Shown: positions 11,073 to 17,508 of the stretch, in pieces
Layout: the number at the start of each line of letters is the position of its first letter
How positions within the stretch are numbered: the stretch's first letter is position 1
Origin: Acidimicrobiia bacterium
GTDB taxonomy: Bacteria; Actinomycetota; Acidimicrobiia; Acidimicrobiales; JANYDT01
Assembly: GCA_043720595.1 (NCBI GenBank)
Contig: JAYSSK010000136.1
Location: 7,478 to 71,477 of the forward strand
Length of the DNA stretch: 64,000 nt
Reading direction: 5' to 3'
Translations under genes and position numbers: made by a program
Notes under the pieces: generated by a model
What the model was told of the DNA's origin: nothing
The model's input: only the letters and a program-made list of their open reading frames with translations
The model's database searches: none

Positions 11073-12020
11073 ATGGGTGCACCGAAGTCAAACGATCCGT
11101 GTTGGTGCGGGTCTGGCAAGAAGTTCAAGCGTTGCCATAGAGAGATGCCGTCCACCACAGCGTGGGAACGCACCGTCTATCCAGGAGCCGTGAGCGCTCG
11201 TCGCCCAGTTCCCGCCAGCATTCCAGCACCAGACTATGTTGCGAATCGCGGCCGGCCTCTGAAGTCCAACTACCCCATCGTCAAGTCGCCAGAGCTCATC
11301 CAGCGCATGCGGCGCACATCGGCGCTCACCGCGGAAGTCCTGGCTGAGACTGGCTCGTACGTCAAACCGGGTATCACCACGGAAGAGCTCGACATCATCG
11401 CCCACGAGGGCTACATCCGTCGTGGAGGGTATCCCAGCTGTGTTGGGTACGGCAGCTATCAGAAGTCCGTCTGCACGTCGGTCAACGAGGTCATCTGCCA
11501 CGGCATCCCCGACGATCGTGCGTTGGTCGACGGCGACATCGTCAACATCGACGTATCGATGTTCAAAGACGGTGTCCACGGTGACTGCTCCGCCACGTTT
11601 CTGGTTGGCGAAGTTTCCGATTCAACCCGCCGGTTGGTCGCCGTCACCGAAGAATGCATGTATCTGGCCATCAAGACAGTGCAACCGGGCAGCAAACTCA
11701 ACGAGATCGGCCGGGTCATCCAGGACCACGCAGAAAAACACGGGTACTCGGTCGTCGAAGCGTTCGTCGGCCACGGAATCGGTGAAAACTTCCACATGGA
11801 ACCATCGGTGCTGCATTACTTTGATCGGTCTATCGGCACCCGTCTGCAGTTGGGGCAAACCTTCACCATCGAACCAATGATCGCCGTCGGCGATGGCTCG
11901 GACTACAGCATCTGGCCAGACGGTTGGACAGCCGTCACCGCTGACAACAGCCTGACGGCACAGTTCGAACACACCGTGCTGGTCACCGAGTCCGGCGTCG
12001 AGATCTTGACGAAAATCTGA
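11073..12020 (+). CDS. map: Type I methionine aminopeptidase with N-terminal SEC-C motif
   Basis: ATG at 11073 in frame with track ORF 9777..12020; NDPCWCGSGKKFKRCH, then SVCTSVNEVICHGIPD, GDIVNID, GHGIG, FTIEPM, AQFEHT. Confidence 0.95.
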   Translation: MGAPKSNDPCWCGSGKKFKRCHREMPSTTAWERTVYPGAVSARRPVPASIPAPDYVANRGRPLKSNYPIVKSPELIQRMRRTSALTAEVLAETGSYVKPGITTEELDIIAHEGYIRRGGYPSCVGYGSYQKSVCTSVNEVICHGIPDDRALVDGDIVNIDVSMFKDGVHGDCSATFLVGEVSDSTRRLVAVTEECMYLAIKTVQPGSKLNEIGRVIQDHAEKHGYSVVEAFVGHGIGENFHMEPSVLHYFDRSIGTRLQLGQTFTIEPMIAVGDGSDYSIWPDGWTAVTADNSLTAQFEHTVLVTESGVEILTKI

Positions 12021-12043
12021 GTCAGTCTGGCATGCTCGAATGT

Positions 12044-12607
12044 ATGCCCAACGGAACTGTCACGTTTCTCGATCCTCGTTCGCAGCCAGCAGCTGCGCAG
12101 GTGCCGTACACGGCACGGTTCCATCCGCCCGCCACGGGCAACCCAATCCGCGTTGGGCTGTTCGCAAACGGGTTCCCTGACTCCGTTGCCTTCCTTGGCT
12201 ACGTGGAGGCTGCTCTCGCTGCGCTACTGCCCCCTGGCACCACGTTCCAGCACCACAACAAGGGCAACGCCTCTGCGGTTGCAAGCGCGGAGCAACTGAC
12301 TGCGGTCGTGGCCGGCGCCGACGCAGTTGTTGCTGCGTACGGTCATTGAGGCAGTTGCACCTCCGGCACCGTGCGTGACGGCATCAATCTGGCCAAACTC
12401 GGCGTTCCAACCGTTGCACTCATCACCGAGACCTTCTGGGCACAGGGGGATTTCGTGAGTGCATCGCTGGGCATGCCCGGGCTCCCCCGTCTGCAACTCC
12501 CCCACCCGGTCGCCGGCTCCGGGGCCGAGGCGATGCAATCAGTTGCCCGCTCGTTCGCTCCACGGATACTTGCAGCGCTCGGCATCGACGGGATCAACCC
12601 AAGATGA
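12044..12607 (+). CDS. UGSC-type (seleno)protein; in-frame TGA at 12347-12349 probably read as selenocysteine
   Basis: Track ORFs 12032..12349 and 12371..12607 share one frame and join as ...AYGH-TGA-GSCTSGTVRDGINLAKLGVPTV...PHPVAG; UxxC motif; 187 aa with Sec at position 102 from ATG 12044. Confidence 0.85.
12350..12392 (+). promoter_or_regulatory. Candidate bacterial SECIS element
   Basis: Upper stem CCGT(12369-72)/ACGG(12378-81), loop GCGTG whose first G is 24 nt after the UGA; possible lower pairing CCGG(12363-66)/CTGG(12389-92). Confidence 0.55.
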
Positions 12608-13704
12608 GCAGTACGTCCACCTATGAAGTTGCCACGCGCCGGGTACTGGAAGCGACCGATGAACACGCTGCGCTTGAGGTTCTGCATTCGGCCGGCTGTA
12701 CCGATGGTCTGCCCGTCATCATCCCAACCATCGCTCGGGTCGACCGGATGGTTCTCGCAACCGGCATGGATGGCGATCTGCTGCTGGGCGAAATGGGGCC
12801 ATCGTTTGGTGCAGCCACCGTTGAAAAGATTGCGATTGCTGCCGTGATGGCCGGGTGTCTTCCTGACCATGTTCCCGTGGTGGTTGCCGCAATCAGCGCG
12901 ATGCTGCGACCTGAGTTTGACCTCTCCGAGGTGCAGTCGACCACGCACTCGATTGCGCCCCTTGTCCTTGTGAACGGGCCTGCCAGAGAGTTCTGCGGGA
13001 TCGTCTCAGGGTTCGGTGCGCTCGGCCCAGGACACCGGGCGAACATGTCCATCGGAAGGGCAATTCGGCTTGCCATGATCAACATCGGCGGCGCCCGCCC
13101 CGGGGTCAGCGACATGGCGCTACTCGGCCATGCAGGCAAACTCGGAATGGTGCTTGCCGAGGACGAAGAGGGTTCACCGTTTCCGCCGCTGCACACCTCG
13201 CTGGGATTCGCCGCCGAGGACGCGATTGTTACCGTCGTCGGAACCGAAGCGCCGCATTCGGTGATGTCGGTCGGCGACGCGGACGACCCGAAATCCGCAA
13301 CCCGCCTCCTCCGGTCGATCGGCCAGACCGTCGGAAACTTGGGCTCAAACAACGCGTTCTTCCACCGCGGAATCGCTGTGGTCGTGTTGAACCCCGAACA
13401 CGCAGGGATCCTCGCCGCTGCCGGGATGAGTAGGCCGGACATTCAGGCCGCCATATTCGAACATTCACAACACCTTCGGTCTGAACTGCGGTCGCTGAAC
13501 CCTGCATTCGCCGGACGTGGAAACGACGACGACCTGCTGCCATCCGTTGCTTCACCTTTGGACATCTTGGTGCTCATGGCAGGCGGTGCAGGGATCTACT
13601 CCACTGTGTTCCCGAGTTGGGGCGCAGGTGGACATGGCAACCCTGCGGTCAGCGCCCGGGTCGAGTTGGGCCAGGCGTGCGAAGTGCCCCTTCGGGCGCT
13701 CTGA
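12604..13704 (+). CDS. Conserved protein of unknown function (TDGLP-motif family), partner of the UGSC protein
   Basis: ATGA overlap with upstream stop; motifs GCTDGLPVIIPT, AVMAGC, QSTTH, RANMSIGRA, AEDEE, AGGAG, C-terminal ACEVP. Confidence 0.85.
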   Translation: MSSTSTYEVATRRVLEATDEHAALEVLHSAGCTDGLPVIIPTIARVDRMVLATGMDGDLLLGEMGPSFGAATVEKIAIAAVMAGCLPDHVPVVVAAISAMLRPEFDLSEVQSTTHSIAPLVLVNGPAREFCGIVSGFGALGPGHRANMSIGRAIRLAMINIGGARPGVSDMALLGHAGKLGMVLAEDEEGSPFPPLHTSLGFAAEDAIVTVVGTEAPHSVMSVGDADDPKSATRLLRSIGQTVGNLGSNNAFFHRGIAVVVLNPEHAGILAAAGMSRPDIQAAIFEHSQHLRSELRSLNPAFAGRGNDDDLLPSVASPLDILVLMAGGAGIYSTVFPSWGAGGHGNPAVSARVELGQACEVPLRAL

Positions 13705-13783
13705 GCCGCAGCCCAGCACGACCCACAGTCACCCTGATCGCCACGTACCCTTCCATTCTCGTGTTAATTTGCAACTCCCTCAC

Positions 13784-13856
13784 GGGGCTATAGCTCAGTT
13801 GGCAGAGCGCTTCCATGGCATGGAAGAGGCCAGGGGTTCGAATCCCCTTAGCTCCA
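13784..13856 (+). tRNA. tRNA-Ala (GGC), CCA not encoded
   Basis: GGGGCTA/TAGCTCC acceptor stem with G3:U70; anticodon arm CTTCC-ATGGCAT-GGAAG; T arm AGGGG-TTCGAAT-CCCCT. Confidence 0.98.
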
Positions 13857-13863
13857 CACGAGA

Positions 13864-13908
13864 CACTGGACCCTGGTCGGAAGCTGCGCTTCCTCCCCAG
13901 GGTCCGTG
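13864..13908 (+). terminator. GC-rich hairpin after tRNA-Ala (possible terminator or processing stem)
   Basis: GGACCCTGG...CCAGGGTCC arms enclosing GGAAGC-TGC-GCTTCC; no poly-T tail. Confidence 0.5.
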
Positions 13909-14059
13909 CCATCTCTGACGGCCAAACGGGGCCCCAACCCCGTGGCAAACCCACGCGATACACGCGCTACCCCATCCCGGGACTAAAGCTGCGCTTCCTC
14001 CCCAGGGTCCGTGCCATTTCTGACGGCCAAACGGGGCCCCAACCCCGTGGCAAACCCAC
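13881..14059. repeat. 74-bp direct repeat x2 (13881-13954, 13986-14059), 31-bp spacer
   Basis: AAGCTGCGCTTCCTCCCCAGGG...GTGGCAAACCCAC present twice, differing at one base (ATCTCTG vs ATTTCTG). Confidence 0.95.
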
Positions 14060-14228
14060 CCCCACCCGGCACCAATTGGATTCCAGGGAAAGTGGTTTCG
14101 GGTCGAAGGGTTTGAACGTTCAGACCAGCCGTCAAGACCGGGCCGCGAAGCGCCGATTGACCTACGTGACTCCTCGACTGCGCCACAACACGTTCCCGAC
14201 GCACGCCGTTTCGATCCACCACCTGCTG

Positions 14229-15836
14229 ATGGAGCACACCACAGGTATGTTGCTCGTCAATTCTCAGGGGCTTGTCGAGGATGTAACGGGGCGCACAGCT
14301 GCAGCACTCGGTTACGACGCAGGCGCAATCGTTGGGCAACCGGTGCTGAATCTCGTTGATGTGGCGCATCAGGCTGGCTTTCGCCGTTCGCTGCAACGGC
14401 CCGAAGACTCTGTTCCCAACAGCGCAGTCCAGTTCTCCCACGCCAGCAGAGCGAGGCCGATCGACTACGAATTCAACGTCACACGAGACGGGGCCGGCAT
14501 TCGGGTTGTGCTGACCGACGTCGCTTCGTGGCGCGCTATCGAATGGGCCAACCAAACCGAGGAAGCCTTGCGCTCAAGTTCACCAGCGGCACCCTCCGGC
14601 AGCCGTGAACACAGCCAGCTTTTCGTGATCAGGCTAGACCGGCAGTGCACCTTGATCGCAGCGAACGAAGCCTGGTCTCAGCTCACAGGCACGATGATGC
14701 AGCCACAAGCCGGGATGGGAATCGGTCCCTCGACCTGGATGAACGTGCTGGACAAAGGTTCCATTGGCGAGTTCGGCCGCTCGTTGAGTTCCCTTGCCTC
14801 AGGATCACCGTTTGCTTCCTCAGGCAGCCTCCTCGATGGACGTGGCGGGGTCCGTCCTGTGACCGTCGCTGCCTGCGCGATCAACGAAGGCCGCTCGGGC
14901 TTCCTTCTCATTGGCGCGGAATCCGGGCCGGTATTGGAAGCTCGAACTCGACCCGAGCACCCCAAGGAACCCGCCACCCCTCCCGTCGATCCGCCGGAAA
15001 TCCCTTCGCACCGAGTCGAGTCGTCCCTGGTTCCGTCGTTCGATCTGCCGTCGTCAATTCCGGCGTCCAACGTTCAGGCGTCCCCTGCGCCGCTACCAGC
15101 TGTGCCCGCTTTGGTTGTTCCGGGTTGGACTGACCAGCCCCCGTCAGCTGGGATGCTCGACGAACGAACCCGGGCGATCATTGCGTCCGTCCTGTCAGCT
15201 GCCCGAACCGACATCGTCGACATCTCAGGAAGCGGCGCCACCGACGACCGAGGGGACAAGGCTGGAGCCAACACTCTCAACGAAACAGCAGTCGACACCG
15301 TGGACGACACCCCTGGGTTGTTCGACGGGCCGAATGCCCAAGAGCAAACCGAGCCATTCATGATCAGCCCGCGTCTCGGAGGTGAAGCCCGTGAGACACT
15401 CGCTCATCAGTTGGAAGCTATGCACGTTGACGGTCTGGACGCCGTGGTGTCAATCGCGCTGCTTCTGGTCGAAGTCGAATTGTCGGCAGCCACAGCTGAC
15501 GACGAGAACTATGAAATGGGGGTCCTCGAACGGCGACTCCGATCCGCGATTCGCGATCATGAGTACGCAGACCGCCATGATGATCGTGGGTTTGTTATAG
15601 CGGCTCGTGGCGGATTCGGCCACACGGACCTGCAGGCTCTTGCACTTCGGGTCGCGAACCGACTGCAGGCGCCCATGCGTGGCCACCAAGCGACCGACCT
15701 CATCTCGCTTCGGGTTGCAGCTGTCCGCTCACGTCCCTGCGAAACAGATCAGATGCTCATCACGCGGGCCGAAGAAGCTTCGGCATACGCAGCTGACCGT
15801 GACCTTATTGTCTACGTCTCCACGAACCCGGTCTGA
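14229..15836 (+). CDS. PAS-domain signalling protein with degenerate GGDEF-like C-terminal domain
   Basis: Two PAS-like starts (GMLLVNSQG...AAALGY; VIRLDRQC..IAANEAWSQLTG), Pro-rich linker, C-terminal RRLRSAIRDHEYADRHDDRGFVIA; start chosen at ATG 14229 because the track ORF runs through tRNA and repeat. Confidence 0.7.
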   Translation: MEHTTGMLLVNSQGLVEDVTGRTAAALGYDAGAIVGQPVLNLVDVAHQAGFRRSLQRPEDSVPNSAVQFSHASRARPIDYEFNVTRDGAGIRVVLTDVASWRAIEWANQTEEALRSSSPAAPSGSREHSQLFVIRLDRQCTLIAANEAWSQLTGTMMQPQAGMGIGPSTWMNVLDKGSIGEFGRSLSSLASGSPFASSGSLLDGRGGVRPVTVAACAINEGRSGFLLIGAESGPVLEARTRPEHPKEPATPPVDPPEIPSHRVESSLVPSFDLPSSIPASNVQASPAPLPAVPALVVPGWTDQPPSAGMLDERTRAIIASVLSAARTDIVDISGSGATDDRGDKAGANTLNETAVDTVDDTPGLFDGPNAQEQTEPFMISPRLGGEARETLAHQLEAMHVDGLDAVVSIALLLVEVELSAATADDENYEMGVLERRLRSAIRDHEYADRHDDRGFVIAARGGFGHTDLQALALRVANRLQAPMRGHQATDLISLRVAAVRSRPCETDQMLITRAEEASAYAADRDLIVYVSTNPV

Positions 15837-15927
15837 GCCCTGCGGCATCGAGCCGACCTATCGACCTGACGTCGGCAATGCGCAACGAAGCACCGACTCG
15901 CCGGGCCGACGGCCGGAACTTGGGACG

Positions 15928-16512
15928 TCAACCAGCAGCGCGGGAACGGGCCATGGCCCGAGCAAGAACGACGTCCAGTAGGGAGAGCACTGTCTTCTTG
16001 ACGTCCTCACGGTTCCGAGCATCCGTCGTGACGATAGGAATCGCGGCGTCAATGTCCAGCGCAGCGCGGATCTCTTCCACGTCGTGGTAAACGGATCCAC
16101 CGAACCGATTCACTGCCACGACGAACGGAACATCGCGGTTCTCGAAGTAGTCGAGGGCGGGGAAGCAGTCCTCGAGCCGACGAGAGTCCACCAGGACTAC
16201 TGATCCAAGCGCACCGGTAATGAGGTCGTCCCACATGAAGCCGAAGCGGTCCTGGCCCGGCGTGCCGAAGAGGTACATCACCAACGACTCATCGATGGCA
16301 GTTCGACCGAAGTCCATGGCTACCGTTGTCGTGGTCTTCGTCGTCACGTCACCGCGATTGTCGATGTCATTGGACAACGAAGTCATGTTGGCTTCGGTCG
16401 TGAGCGGAGGAATGTCCGACACGGCACCCACAAAGGTGGTCTTCCCAACGCCAAAGCCGCCAGCGACGACGATCTTGACAGGAATCGGTTTTGGTTTAGA
16501 GAGATCGGACAC
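15928..16512 (-). CDS. Conservon small GTPase (CvnD-like ATP/GTP-binding protein)
   Basis: KIVVAGGFGVGKTT, TTTTVAMDFG, LFGTPGQDRF, VAVNRF, DAR. Confidence 0.93.
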   Translation of the reverse strand: MSDLSKPKPIPVKIVVAGGFGVGKTTFVGAVSDIPPLTTEANMTSLSNDIDNRGDVTTKTTTTVAMDFGRTAIDESLVMYLFGTPGQDRFGFMWDDLITGALGSVVLVDSRRLEDCFPALDYFENRDVPFVVAVNRFGGSVYHDVEEIRAALDIDAAIPIVTTDARNREDVKKTVLSLLDVVLARAMARSRAAG

Positions 16513-16990
16513 CGTTGATCAACCTTGTGAGGAGGGATACATCGTCTGACAGGTTTGCATTGCTCTTGTGATGCTCAAGGAGATCTGCGCCGACCATGTC
16601 TGCGCAAAGAACCTGTGTGACTCCGAGGGGGATCCGGAGGTTTGCCGCAATTTCTGCGACAGATTGAGATTGTTGGCTGACCAACCGTGCGATCTTCGCC
16701 CGTTCGAATTGCAGCAACCCAACACTGCGGGTGCCATGATCCGTGAGCGACACCATCGACTCGAATGCCAGATGGATCGACGTGTCGACCTTGCTCCCGC
16801 CTGCTGTACCCGCAGTCATCATGTACGCGCGAACAACGGGTGTTTCCGACGAATCGTCCAATACTTCATCCCGATCTTCGGGCCGAGTTTCAGGCCGAAT
16901 CTCAGGCCGAGCTTCGGTCGTCAGCGCGCCTACGGTCGTAGTCGGGCGGGCCAGAAAAGGTCTCAGGAAGGGTTCCGTGTCGTCGGTCAT
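16496..16990 (-). CDS. Conservon DUF742 protein (CvnC-like)
   Basis: VRAYMMTAG, SVAEIAANLRIPLGVTQVLCADM, LLTRLINGVRSL; position in operon. Confidence 0.88.
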   Translation of the reverse strand: MTDDTEPFLRPFLARPTTTVGALTTEARPEIRPETRPEDRDEVLDDSSETPVVRAYMMTAGTAGGSKVDTSIHLAFESMVSLTDHGTRSVGLLQFERAKIARLVSQQSQSVAEIAANLRIPLGVTQVLCADMVGADLLEHHKSNANLSDDVSLLTRLINGVRSL

Positions 16991-17045
16991 GGGGAGTTTC
17001 TGGGCGAATCAGGAGGAGTCTGATGCTGGAGTGACCCGAGGGGTC

Positions 17046-17471
17046 TCAAACACCCAAGCTGTGTTTGAGTTCAGACACAAGTTCCGGCGAGAGCTGGGTG
17101 CCAACACGCTGCACGAGGAGCGTGATTTCGTAGCCAACGAGGCCGAGATCAGCATTCTTCGAGGTGACAACCCCGAGAGAAGAGCCACCAGAGATTGTGG
17201 CGATAAACAGGTATGCGTCGTGCATCTCGACAAGAACCTGCGACATTCCACCCTTGCCAAGTACGCGGGCGGCACCATCGGACAGTGATCGCATGCCGGT
17301 CACGATGGCGGCCATCTTGTCGGCTGATGCGCGGTCGAGGTTCGACGAGATGGCCATGAGGAGCCCGTCGGATGACACCGCGATCGCCTGCTCGACACCG
17401 ACGGTGTCGCTCACGAATCGAGACATCAGCCAGTTGACGTTCTTTACCTGGCTCGTCAGCGTTGTTGTCAT
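17046..17471 (-). CDS. Conservon roadblock/LC7 protein (CvnB-like)
   Basis: NWLMSRFV, AIAVSSDGLL, QVLVEM, ADLGLVGYEI. Confidence 0.93.
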   Translation of the reverse strand: MTTTLTSQVKNVNWLMSRFVSDTVGVEQAIAVSSDGLLMAISSNLDRASADKMAAIVTGMRSLSDGAARVLGKGGMSQVLVEMHDAYLFIATISGGSSLGVVTSKNADLGLVGYEITLLVQRVGTQLSPELVSELKHSLGV

Positions 17472-17508
17472 TTGTCTGTTCCTTTTGGGTACGACACGAG
17501 GTCGGCTG

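Noticed and set aside
13881-14059. Repeat-spacer-repeat as a mini CRISPR array
   Set aside because: The repeat is 74 bp, there are only two copies, and no cas genes are in the window.
13815-14228. 5' part of track ORF 13815..15836 with a duplicated peptide
   Set aside because: It overlaps the tRNA and the DNA repeat; the 105-bp period merely preserves the frame.
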